Of a stretch of 64,000 nt of DNA, positions 13,576 through 28,900 are shown in pieces (within the stretch, counting starts at the first letter, position 1; each line of letters begins with the position of its first letter). This DNA comes from the human T2T-CHM13v2.0 reference genome, Homo sapiens: the NCBI RefSeq assembly GCF_009914755.1, contig NC_060929.1, one strand, 5' to 3'. The notes under the pieces were generated by a model that searched no databases, was not told where the DNA came from, and was given only the letters and a program-made list of their open reading frames with translations. The position numbers and the translations under genes are program-made.

Positions 13576-14154
13576 GCTCTTTGGTGACCTCCTTCTCCAG
13601 CATGCATAGATTAACTATGATGTGCCAGGTTCTACCCAAGGGCTTGCCGGGATCATGGGAATAGAAAAGTCCTGACCCTCCAGTACTTCATGGATGGAAG
13701 GAGCCATTTCCAGGTAAGGTATTGACCAGCTTTTGTGGAGTGTCTGATGAGGAGGCTTTGGGCAACTGTAGTTGGAATTCTGTGTTTAGAACACAGATGA
13801 GTCAGCAGAAAATATTTTATTAGAGATGTAAATTATAAGCCTGGTGGGTCCAGGAAGGAGAGGCACCATCTCCTGTAAAATATGTAGGGAGACCCTCCTT
13901 GTGGCCATCAGTGTGCGACACCCCCAGGTAGTCAGAGGTAGTCTAGGCCCTCCCCCCAGGAAAGGGTGTGGCACTATGAGGGGTTTGCAGCACTGAAGAC
14001 CCAGGAAGCCTTCTTATGTCAAAGGAAGCATTTTTCTCTTGATTTACTAGTAATCAGTGATGAACTTACTAGTAGTAGATGCTAATAGTAGTACTGAGTA
14101 CATGAATCAGTTGCAAAGTGCTGATTACTGCAAGTGTCCTCACAACCAACCTTC

Positions 14155-14240
14155 ACATGCACACATGCACACGCACACGCACACAGGCACAGGCACACAG
14201 AGATATCTGCATATAACACCAGCACCCACACCCATGCACA
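14155..14240. repeat. Degenerate (CA)-type microsatellite
   Basis: CACATGCACACATGCACACGCACACGCACACAGGCACAGGCACACA. Confidence 0.6.
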
Positions 14241-16853
14241 ATGCATATTGTAGGCATTACCTTGTCCTTGAGGTCTTTGGAAGATGCTAGAGCCAGTCAG
14301 AAACAGAAAATGGCAAACAAACCCTCCATCTTCATCAGGACAACCAAGGGTATGGGCACAGGCCTGTGTCTGTGCCACCCCCACCTTAGCGGTGTATGTA
14401 TGGTCTATAGTCAAAAGGAATGGAGATTCCCAGAAACAAACCAATCGGTCTAATTAGATTAATTGCAATATCAACATGATGGGCAAAGACAGGCGCTCGT
14501 CTTTATTCTGCCAAAACTGTTCAATCCTGCGCTGCATTTCTGCTGTGCAGCCTCGGCCTGAGAGGAACCACTGAGATAAGCCAGCATTTTCACAGGGCTT
14601 CATAGGACTCCTTAATGCAATCTGTATTCATGCTGCACTCTGCCACGGACTTGGACAAGTCGCTTAACCCCTCCGCCCTGAGATCTTCCTCTGGAGAGTC
14701 ACCCTACGGAGCGCTCACCACCCTGACCCTCCCTCTGAGGCTCTGCAGGCTGGTGGTGCAACGGCTCCTCGGATCTGATCCAAAGAGCTGAGGATGATTT
14801 GCTTTCTTATTCAGATTATTGGACTGGCTGCCAAAGCGGCACATCAAATCTACTGCAGCTGATTATTTCAGAGCTGAAGGTCTCTCGATGCTGGCATTTT
14901 ATCCCGGCTTTCATATTTGTAACCTTTTTGATTTCTTAGTATCCCCTATGTCTGGCGGTACGTTCTCACCTCTGACACCAGGAAGTCAGTCAATAAACCC
15001 GACGTTCTTTGATCCATAGGATTATGGGGCTGCTTTTTATGCAAACAGAAACATCAGGATAAGCAAATACAGAAGGAAAAAGCCCTCTGGAGCAAGGGAG
15101 GAAGAAGAAACAATTCCAGAGCATTTGCAATGCAAACCTTACTGGACGCCTGAGCCTCCTTCATCAGCTGTAAGAAACCAGCCCAGACACCAGGCTGGGG
15201 GGAGGCATTTCTGCACCCTCATCAAGGTGCCCTGAACCTTTCTGCTGGTGAGTTATAGGAACTGTATTGCTCTAAGATTACCTATTTTTGATATTTTTGA
15301 TGACACAAGATGGCACATATCCTTGCAGCATTTCCAAAATGATAATGCCCTCGTGGACTCAACCATCAGGGATACTATTATTTCCCCATCTCAGACTCCT
15401 GGCACTCTCTCAAGCAATGAGAATGCCATTGTACCTGGGGGTTGTCCCCGTCAGCGGCTCTGCAGAAGAATGCTGTCTTCTCAGACACAAACTTTCCCAC
15501 ATCACGCGTCTTCACTTTCATAGGCCTCTGCCACCTGCTTCCCAATGCTTACAATTTCACTTCTTGTAGGGGATGCTTGTTAGTTCTCAGAGCAGAGTTG
15601 TCTAACACATATGTACTAATAACCCCTACTCGAGATGTATATGATTTTCTTGTTGTATGGCTTTCATTGTCTGTTGGGGAAGCCCTTTTAGTCGCTGATT
15701 GAATATATGTGAAGACCCAGAAAATGGAAATGGAAAATACCAATACAAAATTGCTGCTGCATACGTAACTTGAAGCTTCTAGAGTGGCACTTTAGAAATG
15801 TACACTTTCTGAATATTCTTCTCTAGAGAGAGGCCCTTCCCATGGAAGCATGGAACCGATCTCCATTTGCTTTTGTATATTTCCTTAACGAGAACAGGTC
15901 CATGCATTAATAGGTGGATGCTATTTTGCAATATGACCATATTTTTATTACTTTGTGTTCCATTTACCTTTTGCAATACAGGTGGAGAGCATCCTCCTGC
16001 TTCTTCATCTTCGGGGAAATCTGTGGATGTGTAATTTGTTTCTAAAAGCCCAAACTCATCCTTCAGATTATACAGGAACTCCCGAAGGAAGCACTAAGCC
16101 AAGAGAGTCACAGAACCCTGGAGTGGCCAGGGAGTCGGGATTCACTATCACCTCTCTCCCTACACACAGTCCCCAGAAAGAGCCGTCCCTGGGCTGGGGC
16201 CGGAGGGAGCAGAGTTTTTACCGGGGCATCCTGAGGAGGGGACCCTGGAAACCTCACAGCAGTTCCTGTGTCCCAGGAGGAGAACCTGGGAGAGAGGCTG
16301 GGGGTCAGGGAGCTACAGGGCATGGGCTTTGGGGGTGGCCTTAGGGGACTGGCAGCTCAAGCCTAGTGGGGAACTTTTTCTTCTCCCTCCCCACCACTGA
16401 CTCTCTGGAAGTCTGAGTCCTGTATCAGAGCCTGGAACAGGCTGCCACACCGGGGAGGGCTGAAACAAAACACTGACTTGAGGTTTAAGTCTTAACCTTC
16501 TCCCCAGAGAGGAGGTGGAGGGCTATGAAAATAGGTCAAAGAATGAACGGGTGAGTGGTGTGTGACTCTGTTGAGTTAGGGTCTCTTGCCCGCTGCATAC
16601 CTGGGTCCTGCCTCAAGGGGAGTCATCTGCATCTGGGGGAGGTATAAGCCTTGTTAATGTGTGACCCCAGCCCTGGGCACCACCAGGGAAAAGCGCAGGG
16701 GCCGAGGAGAGGCGGCTGGCTGGCAGGCCTTGTGGGGGTGACTCTGTGGGCGAGAAAGTCAGAGCACTTGTCCCAAGGCAGGAGAGGAGGGCAGGGAGCC
16801 GATGGGACACAGGCACAGGGCCTCTGGGACAGCCTGCCTCATAACTGTGATAA

Positions 16854-17155
<302 letters not shown>

Positions 17156-17195
17156 ATAACAGTGATAATTTTCAATCATGTCATTTAAATTCTCT

Positions 17196-17532
17196 CTCTC
17201 CCTCTCTCTCTTTTTTTTTCTTTCTTTTTTTTTTTTTAATTGAGATAAGGGTGTCACTTTGTCACTGAGGCTGGAGTACAGTAGCACAATCTCAGCTATT
17301 TCACCTCACTGCAACCCCAGCCTCCCAGGCTCAGGTGAGCCTCCCAACTCAGCCTCCCAAGTACCTGGACCACAGGCATGCATCAAGATGCCCACCTAGT
17401 TTTTGTGTTGCTGGTAGACACAGAGTTTTGCTATGTTGGCCAGTCTGGTCTTGAACTCCTGAGCTCAAGTGATCCACCCACCTTGGCCTCCCAAAGTTTT
17501 GGGAAGACAGGCATGGGCACTGTACCCGGCCC
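17196..17532 (-). mobile_element. AluJ (Jb-like)
   Basis: Diverged Alu with GGCTCAGGTGAGCCTCCC and CCTGAGCTCAAGTGATCC. TSD AAATTCTCT at 17187-17195 and 17533-17541. Confidence 0.92.
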
Positions 17533-17682
17533 AAATTCTCTTCTACTTTTTTCTTAAGGAAGAGAAACAGAGTTTTTTGTTTTGTTTTTTTTTTAACAAA
17601 CAAAACAAAACAGACTTCACAATGTAGACAGTTCACTGAATAGCTTTGTCACAAATCTGCATCACAAATATGTCTCAAATAA

Positions 17683-18008
<326 letters not shown>

Positions 18009-18146
18009 TCAAATAACTTTAATTTCAAACAAAGTATAATCTTTTTAAACTATTGTATGACAAATAAAACATTAAACTTGGTTATGTAATTTAATTGATT
18101 TTATAGTTATTGCCAGGATATATTCTTAAAGGAGATGGGGGAATAC

Positions 18147-18445
18147 TTTTTTTGAGATGGAGTCTCACTCGGTTGCCCAGGCTGGAGTGCAGTGGCGTGA
18201 TCTCAGCTCACTGCAACCTCCGCCTCGCCTCCCGGTTCAAGCAACTTTCCTGCCTCAACCTCCTGAGTAGCTGGGACTACAGGCACCCCCCACCACGTAC
18301 GCCTGGCTAACTTTTTTGTATTTTTAGTAGAGTCAGTGTTTCACCATGTTGGCCAGGCTGGTTTTCAAATCCTGACCTCAAGTGATCCATCCAACTTGGC
18401 CTCCCAAAGTGCTAGAATTACAGGTGTGAGCCACTGCACCCAGCC
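18147..18445 (-). mobile_element. AluS (Sx/Sz-like)
   Basis: Full antisense Alu from TTTTTGAGATGGAGTCTCACTC to GAGCCACTGCACCCAGCC, with CTGACCTCAAGTGATCC. Confidence 0.95.
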
Positions 18446-19220
18446 AGGGATACCTTTTTATATATTCATACCTATCTCCTAACTGTATATAAAAAGGTTA
18501 ATTTAAAATATATGTGTATTTTTACATGAGAATTACATGAACTTTGTATATGATTTTAATATCATTGATATAACATGTGACATGAAAGTATGTATATGTC
18601 AATACTGGCTTGTTTTTTAATAGGTATGCCTTGCTAACACAAGTTTTATTACAGTCAACTTTGAAGCACACCATAGGCTTGTCAAATGTTTTGCCTAGTT
18701 ATAACGAAGAAAAATAAATTAATTTTTAAATAAATCTCGGAAGAAGCTCACTTTTAAGCAAAAACAGAAGAAAAAGAAACACCACTCTTTGAAACATATT
18801 ACTTGAAAGAGAACATGCAATCTGTTATTCAGGTTGTTAAACAATATTATCAAGAAAACGCACATCATTTTCCACAAGATATTAAAAGACATATTCAGAA
18901 AGCACCTTTGTTACAATATAAAAAAGTTTGAAATAAAAACATGACATAAGGATATGTCCCATTATCTTGTTTTCAAGGAAATTTTAAATAAAATGTATCT
19001 TCCCCTTTCCTTGTCAAATCACCAAATACCAGAACAAATGTTCTTAGAGAGCCTGCCCTCCTTGTTCCAAGGTGTGGAGGGCATTCAAAGGCAAAGACAT
19101 TGAAAACATCTCCACCTTCAAACACAAGCCCTGGGCGCTTTTGGTAGCCATTTCTCAGTCTCGCTTTCCAACACAAGAGTTCTCTGATGATTCCTGGGAC
19201 ACGTTGAAAACCAGTGCTGG

Positions 19221-19526
19221 GGCTGGGCGTGGGGGCTCACGCCTGTAATCCCAGCACTTCCGGAGGCTGAGGCCGGAAGATCACTTGATCTCAGGAGTTC
19301 GAGACAAGCCCGGCCAATATGGCAAAACCCTGTCTGTACTAAAAATACAAAAATCACCTGGATGTGGTGGTGCGTAGCTGTGATACCAGCTACTTGGGAG
19401 ACTGAGGCATGAGAATTGCTTGAACCCAGGAGGCAGAGGCTGCAGTAAGCCAAGATTGTGACACTTCACTGTAGCATGGGCAACAAAGCAAGACTCACTC
19501 TGTCTTAAAAAAAAAAAAGGAAAAAA
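19221..19526 (+). mobile_element. Alu (old S or J subfamily)
   Basis: GGCTGGGCGTGGGGGCTCACGCCTGTAATCCCAGC through to an A-tail. Confidence 0.94.
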
Positions 19527-19834
19527 GATGCTGGAATCTAAAATTGAGCTCCCTGCGGGCAATCTGGAAAGGCTAATTGACATTTCCTTACTCACCAGGG
19601 ACCCTTTTCGTAACGGCCCATCCTGCACAGGCCATCTCTGTAGGCTGGAACCTCAAAGCGGGTGACAGCTATGTCCACTTTGCAGGAACGATGCAACGAT
19701 GCAGGGTTTCTCCTGGCGTGGCCCTGAGGGTGGGGTTTATGTCAGCAACACACTACAGACGTTCTTTAAATCTCTGTGCTCTCTAAAAGGAGAGGCTTTT
19801 AAGAACAACAGTTTCAGTTAAAAAGTCCTGTGAC

Positions 19835-20269
<435 letters not shown>

Positions 20270-20339
20270 TCAGATAGATTTGTGTTCAGTATCAAAACTG
20301 GAACCCTAAACTATGGGGTTGGGTGAAGCCATTCTAAAT

Positions 20340-20790
20340 AGTAAAGTTAAAAAAAATCATAAGGGGAAATATTGAGGTTTAACATTATAAAAATGTAAAA
20401 ATTGTAATTGTCAAAAATACCATAAGAATTAAAAGGCACTTGACAAATTAGAATGAAGTTTGAAAATCTTAATACATAAAAACTGATACAATCAAAAAGA
20501 AAGCATGACAATCTAAAAACTAACAAAGGCTATGAATATTCAATGTACAAAGACTTACAAGTAGTTAATACACTTATGTAAAATATTTTACTGTACCATA
20601 AGCAAAAATAAGCACACGTGTAAATAACAGTGACATGTCATGAATTGCTTATTGCATTGGGAAAATTTTTTTTTGTATTCAAGATATAAGGAAACATGAA
20701 TTATTGTAGATAGATGCTTGATTAGGCAAATGTAGAAAGGTGGCATTGAGGGAGGCTGGTAATATTATTTGATATGTAACAGAGGGGTGA
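20340..20790 (+). mobile_element. Highly diverged L1 (L1M/L1ME) ORF2 3' remnant
   Basis: A-rich sequence resembling late L1 ORF2, e.g. TCAAAAATACCATAAG..AAAAGGCA, CAAAGGCTATGAATA, ACAAGTAGTTAATACACTTATG. Confidence 0.5.
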
Positions 20791-21191
<401 letters not shown>

Positions 21192-21827
21192 AAGAGGTTT
21201 TCTTACATCAATGGGGTTGGGGTGAAGGGGAGCTGGGAGGTTTAGAACAGGGAATACCATGATAGGAAGAGTTTTAGGAGGATTAATCTGGTAAAAATAC
21301 AAAAGATAGGTAATAGTGTATAAAGAATATAATTTTAAAAATCAAAAGTAATTTTTATTAACCTATCAACTCTACAGATTTGCTTTACTCTCTCAAACTA
21401 TTTAATCACTTAGTTCAGTTTTATCTAGGCTTCCACAGAATTTGTCAATAGAGCTAATTACCTGAATACTTCCAAATATGTGGATAGGCATGGCAAGATG
21501 TTGAAAAAATAGCCACATATCTAAGTAAAAATTTGGTTTTCCTTGTCATGGTTACTGAAATATGAGTTTCTCTCTCTGTTATCACTACAAAACTCTTATG
21601 AAGTATTTGCTAACTAGTTAGTTTATTCAATAGAGCTAAACAATGCTATATTTGTCTTTTTCTTTAAGGATGAATCGACTTACATTTAGTAAGAATAAAA
21701 GGTTGATAATAAGGGGTGGTGGACTGGGGAAACTTCTTATTCCATTAGCATGAGCATGGCTGAGTTGGCAGCTGGGGTATGGATATAACAATATGGAGAT
21801 GCTTTCTCATCGTTTAAAAGTTATTGG

Positions 21828-22118
<291 letters not shown>

Positions 22119-22589
22119 TTTATTGGAGAGTGTCAATTAATAAAAATAAATAAATATGAAGCTCTAAGAGAAGAAAATTATTGTGAGAGTGCACAAACAT
22201 GTTGAATTTTTTTCATTCTTTTTTTTCTGTGCAACCTCTTTCCTTTTGGGATTTATGTACCCATGTTTATCTTCTTAATTTTCCTGTCTGCCTTTTATGG
22301 AACCTTGAGATGAAAATCTGACTGTGAAACTGTGCTTCCATGACACTAATCAACCAAGTGAATTATTTAAAGTTTGGCCTCATGGCTAGTTCTTATCCCC
22401 ATGACATGAAACCACCAGCTTCCCTGATTTCTCACCAGTTGTTTTTGGCTTCAAAGTCAACCTGTGGTCTTTGTGTCTTCACACACTGAGGTGTGTGCCT
22501 TTGCTACAACAAGGTCTCCTTAATTCCAATATTCCAATAGACCCTTGATCCTGCAATAGAATCCAGAGGGAAGACTCCAGGCGTGGGGA

Positions 22590-22730
22590 GCCGTGGAATC
22601 TGGTTTCAATATTTAGCTTCGTCCTTTTACTCAGGTTTCTTCAACTGTCCAAGCCTCATTTCTCTCATCTCCAAAACGAGACGGTAGTGCTGTCTACCAC
22701 ACAAAGCTGCTGTAGAGACGCAGTGGATAG
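22590..22730 (+). mobile_element. MIR fragment
   Basis: Core-like AAGCCTCATTTCTCTCATCTCCAAAACGAG..TACCACACAAAGCTGCTGTAGAGA. Confidence 0.55.
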
Positions 22731-23058
22731 GAGTATCAGACACTCAGCCACACCTGAGCCAGAACATGCCCGCTGAATGCGGCTCTAGCAGCTGTCGTGG
22801 GCCTTCAGAGAGGAAGAATCTTAAGGCGCGTCCAAGACAAGCGGAGTCGAGGACTCCGTTTCGGGGAGGTTTACCTGAAAAGCTGTGTGGAAAAACCCGA
22901 CTGCGACTTTCAAGCTTGTGCTTCACAACCCAGGAGCCGTGCATTATGTCCATGTGTTCAGATGCAAGATGCTCAGACCCCAGGAAAAAGGGAATTCGGT
23001 GTAAAGAAAAAAGGACTCTTAGCATGGTCCAGTATTAGGACAGTAACACCCTGTGTGT

Positions 23059-23608
23059 GTGCACGTGCCCTCCCTCCATCTCCCTGGCCTTTGCGTCTCT
23101 GTGTGGGTGCACATGCCCTCCCTCCTCCCTCCATCTCCCTGGCCTTTGCGTCTCTGAGTGGGTGCACATGCGCTCCCTCCATCTCCGTGGCCTTTGCGCC
23201 TCTGAGTGGGTGCACATGCGCTCCCTCCATCTCCGTGGCCTTTGCGCCTCTGTGTGGGTGCACATGCGCTCCCTCCATCTCCGTGGGCTTTGCGTCTCTG
23301 TGTGGGTGCACATGCCCTCCCTCCTCCCTCCATCTCCGTGGCCTTTGCGTCTCTGTGTGGGTGCACATGCGCTCCCTCCATCTCCGTGGCCTTTGCGTCT
23401 CTGTGTGGGTGCACATGCGCTCCCTCCATCTCCGTGGCCTTTGCGTCTCTGTGTGGGTGCACATGCGCTCCCTCCATCTCTGTGGCCTTTGCGTCTCTGA
23501 GCGGGTGCACATGCCCTCCCTCCATCTCTGTGGCCTTTGCGTCTCTGAGTGGGTGCACATGCGCTCCCTCCATCTCTGTGGCCTTTGCGTCTCTGAGTGG
23601 GTGCACAC
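23059..23608. repeat. 48-bp minisatellite (VNTR), 11 full copies plus a partial
   Basis: Unit GTGCACATGCGCTCCCTCCATCTCCGTGGCCTTTGCGTCTCTGTGTGG. Starts at 23059, 23107, 23162, 23210, 23258, 23306, 23361, 23409, 23457, 23505, 23553 and 23601. Units 2 and 6 are 55 bp. Confidence 0.97.
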
Positions 23609-25059
23609 GTTCTTTTTCTATCTTGATGGGCTCTGCACTCTGTCTGTGCACACGCTCTTGCTCCGTCTTTGGTCCAGAAAACTGTCCCTGTGGAGGTAGT
23701 TGAGGCTCAGAAGTGGAATAACGTGCCTGATATTGGACAGCACATGGCAGATTTGGGGAACGTGTGTGGATTTGGGGCACCAAGGGCTGGAGCAGCGCAC
23801 CACCTCCTCTTTTCTGGGGTCAACAGGGCCAATACTGGTTCTGTGCCTGCAGGATCATCCTCATTCCTCCACACATATTCGCAAAGACTTCCCAGACCTG
23901 AACACACTACAAATGCTTCAGAGACTCTTCTATAAGTCATATACTTTTAACTTAAGTGCTTTAAGCCTGCCTAAATCATGTTGTCATAAAACTGGAGTAA
24001 GTCTATGAGCCTGGATTTGTAGAGCGTACATTTCTAAAATTGTAAGAGACTCTACTACTTTCCCAGGTGGTGATAGTCTCTAATATCATACTAATCATCA
24101 TTTTTTAACATTCTAGCTCCTGTATGAAAAAAAAAAAGAAGAAAAAACCCTCAACTATTTAAATGGCACATGGAATTTTGATTTATCATAAATCAGTAAA
24201 TAAATGTTTCTCAGTTGAAGAAAAGCAGGTTGTCATGATTTCAGGTTCCAACTGGAAAACAACTCTCTGCCTGAGCATTGAGTAGTTTTTTTATTTTTTA
24301 TTTTATTTTTTATCAATTCCTTGCTAACAGAGCTTTTCTGCAGAGCAACACACCTTCACGGAATCTCACATAGCAAGTTCCATTTCCAGACTGGGCCCGA
24401 AAACCAGAAGTCTGAGCCCTTCCCATCAGTGACTCTTCCCAGGGTGGAACATCATCCCTTGCAGGGCTGCCCCAGCTCTGTGTTGGCTTCTTCCTTCACT
24501 GGTGCTGTTACAGCATCCCTGCACCTCCATCATGGGTTGTGGATGCAATCTGCATGGTGCAGTGCACATCACGGCCAGCTTGCAAGGGCTGAGGACATTT
24601 TTGCTTCTTTGCATGTTGTCCAGATTCCAGTGTATTGCAATGAGAGGAAGTGATTCTCATAGAATTACAGCCTGGGCAAGCGTCCTTCCTACCGGCCTGT
24701 GAGGCTGCCCTGCAAGCTGTGCCTTTTCATAGTCTTTCTGCCATCATCAGCGATGGCCTGCCTGGCTGCCTTTTGCTTGGGAGGAGAAAACATACGCAAG
24801 CATCATTATTTGATGTCTTCTTTTATTTTTACCTTTTTCAGTTCCAGTTTAAAGCAATAGCACACAACATCAGAGATTTATTTTTATTGGACAAGATAAA
24901 AACTTTGGAAAATTCCCAATAAAACATGACCTACTTATGTACACATACAAGAATACAAACAGAAAATGTGAGAAATAACCCTGTTCTTTAAGAATTTAAA
25001 AAATAGTAGGAATTCCACTGCAGCATACCAAATATGATAAAAACTGCACACGTTTGCTT

Positions 25060-25255
25060 TGAAGCCTGACAAAGCCTGAGCTCTTCCCACCACATTACTA
25101 AGTCGCTGTGTGCTCTTGTTAAAGTGAATTGACTTCTCTGAGTCCCAGGCTCCATATCCTGCCTGTAAGACTTGAAATGGATTTATGAGCAGTTTCTCAG
25201 AAAAACATCTGGCACAAACTAGATGTGTAACACATGAAAGCTGTTATGGTTATTC
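25060..25255 (+). mobile_element. MIR fragment
   Basis: TTACTAAGTCGCTGTGTGCTCTTGTTAAAGTGAATTGACTTCTCTGAGTC and ATCTGGCACAAACTAGATG..AGCTGTTATGGTTATT. Confidence 0.55.
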
Positions 25256-25431
25256 TCCTGCCATTGGTTAGTCTTTTTTTCTAAAAAGAGTATATAGCGG
25301 ATACCTAGCCTTAATTTGGGTTTTAGGTTAGCCACTCACATCTTTTCTAATCATAATCTGTTCTCAACCATTGAAAGGAGGAAGTAGAGGAGAAAATAAA
25401 GAATAACAATTGGAATATAAAAGAAAGGCCA

Positions 25432-25999
<568 letters not shown>

Positions 26000-28900
26000 T
26001 CATTCCCAAGTCGGTGCTTCCCAGGAACTGGGTTAAATGCTGCTCAGGGCCACCTCCCGGGAAGATGAGACTGGGAAGCTTCATTTAGGTACATTCAAAA
26101 TCTTTCCCGCCAAGGGGTAGAAAAGCCTGCTGAGTTACAGCTTCCCAGAGATGGTCTCCTGCTCTCTCAGATGGGTAATGTTTCCCATCGGAAAGAAGAA
26201 AGCAGCCAGCAGGAGAGGGAGAAACGAGCCAGTCCAGCCATGGCGCCATTCCAGGGACGTCTTTTTGCTTTTGTGGTGTTAAAACATCAGCCTTCCTCAT
26301 TTAAGTTTTAAAATGAATTAAAAATGTATTAAAATGCTAGGTAAATAGCACAAAAATGTCCAATAGTGCTCTGTTTTCCTTTCGAAAATTGGTCGTCTGT
26401 GTCGTATTTATTCCAGCAGCTTCCAGTTCATACGCAGAAACTCACTCTTAACAGCAGATATCTCAGACCTGGCAAGAACATGAGCATTTTCCTCCAGGCA
26501 AAAGATTTTAAAGACTGAAATGTCTTCTTAATAGACACACAGCATCAGTGCTCTCGAGACTCTTTCCCCTCATCGTTAGATAAATAAATATGCATCGCCA
26601 ATTTTTGTTTTTAAATTAAAATCTCTTGTTTCTAGTGGTTTATAATTTGTATATTGCCAGACACTCCTGTTTAGGATCAAAACTGAAGGTCTGGAACTGG
26701 AAGCATTAAGACACTAAATGTCACAAGCGCTCCTTCAAATGAGGACTTGTTAAAATTAGCCCTTCTCCGGGTGCACAGGTGACTTGCTGAATTTACCTCA
26801 GCAAGCGGCCCCGCATTTGTAAAATCCCACTCCCAGCCTTGGCTACAAAACATCCACTAAAAATGATAATTAAAATAATTATAGAAGCAATAGGAAAGCA
26901 TAATAAGAGAAAAAACATTTTAAAGAAATTATTCAGAAAATATTACAAGCTGATGCTCTGGAAATATTCCAGCCCTACTAATGGCATCTTAATATGTGAA
27001 AGTATTTGTGTAATTGTTCAGAGATGAAAGTCTCCTCTGTTTAAATTCAATCACAGTATGATATTTTTCTTTATTTAAATGAAGTAAGCGTGGCAATTTT
27101 CACAACATAAAAAAGATGCTTAGTTTTAATTTAAGGAAGATGTGTTGCCACGTGCTTTCAGCAAAGTTCTCCTGCATAGAGTGTCTTCCAGAAACAGCAA
27201 TTCCTCCCCTATTTCCCCAAATTAAACAACTTATTGGGCGTATTTAAAGTAAGCTTTCATAAATTGAGAGAAATTTTTTTTTAACTTTCAAAGACGCTTT
27301 ACAAAGTGCAACTTAATCCCCCCATCTTTCTCGTAATTTTATCATTTTTACTGAAATGTTGTGGATGTTTCTTGGCCACGGTTTGTTGAGCTGTGCTCAG
27401 AGCAGAGTGGAGGGTGGAAAGCCACGGGCCCTGCAGCAGCCCAGCGAGGGAGGGCAGACAGAGGGGCTGGTTTCGCATCCTGAGAGGGATCCAGCAGCAC
27501 CTCCGTGCCATGGCCCCTTTGGGCAATTATCCCCAGCTCTAACTATGGAGCCTGCGGTCCTGGGCTCTGAAATCAGAGTCTATGAACAGAAGAGCTCTAG
27601 GCAAAAACATACCATTCAATATAATGACTAATGACTCTGTGGCCCCAGCATGGGAAAGCAGACCCTCCATCCTGGGCTGGCTGCCTGGGTCCTGGCGATG
27701 CTGGAGTCCAATGTCACTCTGGGAAAAGCTAAACATGTCCCATTGTGTTTAGAAATGTTATAGCAGAGACTATTTATGAATGACTAAACACAAAAGCACT
27801 TAAGCCTTCAGCTCCCCTGATGGAAAGGGGGACAGGCGAGGGCCCAAGCCACAGGACGTCGGCCCATAACCTTGGGAAGTCAAGGCTGGTGTCTGCAAGC
27901 CCTGACCTGGAATTCCCTGAAGAGGCTCCTCACTGGGATGATGGCAGCCAAAGGCACAATATGCGAGGTACACTTGCCGCTGTGCCAATGCTCCGCACCC
28001 CACCTCTTTCATGCTGTTACCCAGCTGGGATGGAGAGGCTGCCTTTTCCCAGTTGTCAGACCAGACAAATGGTGGCTAGAAAAGCTAACCACTGACTTCT
28101 CCCTGGTCTCCCCGTTACACAGTGGGGAAGCCAAGGCTCCCAAAACTCCTCCCTGGTATTTCTGATGGAGACAGCATGGCAGGGAAAAGCTGTTTTTTTC
28201 CTCTAAAACCTTCAACCAGGCCCCACAGAACCAATGGAATTACTTGAGCCCTGGGTTCCTGTCCTGGAGGCCCTGAGTCTGCAGGTGAAGTGAAGACATA
28301 TCAGTAACATGGGAGTGCTCTCAGGGAGGCTTCAAAAAGGAAGTAACTGGACAGAAACCATTAGCTCTAACATCCCAGGGGCTTCGTGAGCTCTTACAGA
28401 TCTTTAATTTTGGCTTCTATGTCATTGAATTAACACCTATCAATAATTTGCTCTAATTTTACCCAAAAGTCTAAAATCTCTTACTCATTTCAATGCAATA
28501 TCCATTCACAATTGTATTTCATAATGAATGTAATTTATGATTTAATTCATATGTGTATATTTTCATTTTGAAGATGCACCATTTTGCAGAAGAATTTTTT
28601 GTATAAATGGCTATATTACCTGAAACACTACAGTATTTATCATTTAGAAATTTCAACAAATATTAGATAACATGGGTGTATTCTGTTTTCATTTGTTTGG
28701 CTCTCATGTAGCAATGGCCTATGTGCAGGCCACCCAGGACACGACCTGCTCTGTGTTCTGGTCGTGCTGAGCAGGCTCGGCCAGGACAGGTTGGTGGCTG
28801 TGGACAGGGCCCTGGTCATCTGTGAGTGGCCCCAGTGCAGCCTGAAGACTCTGCAGATGCCGACAGGCGCCTGCCTCTGGGGCCTTGGGAAGCTGCAGTG

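Noticed and set aside
23059-23608. CRISPR-like array
   Set aside because: Units are head-to-tail with no unique spacers, there are no cas genes, and the DNA is primate.
22797-23783. Several 147-300 aa ORFs with 16-aa repeats, some Cys-rich and metallothionein- or keratin-associated-like
   Set aside because: The 48-bp unit lacks stops in most frames on both strands; these are VNTR artefacts.
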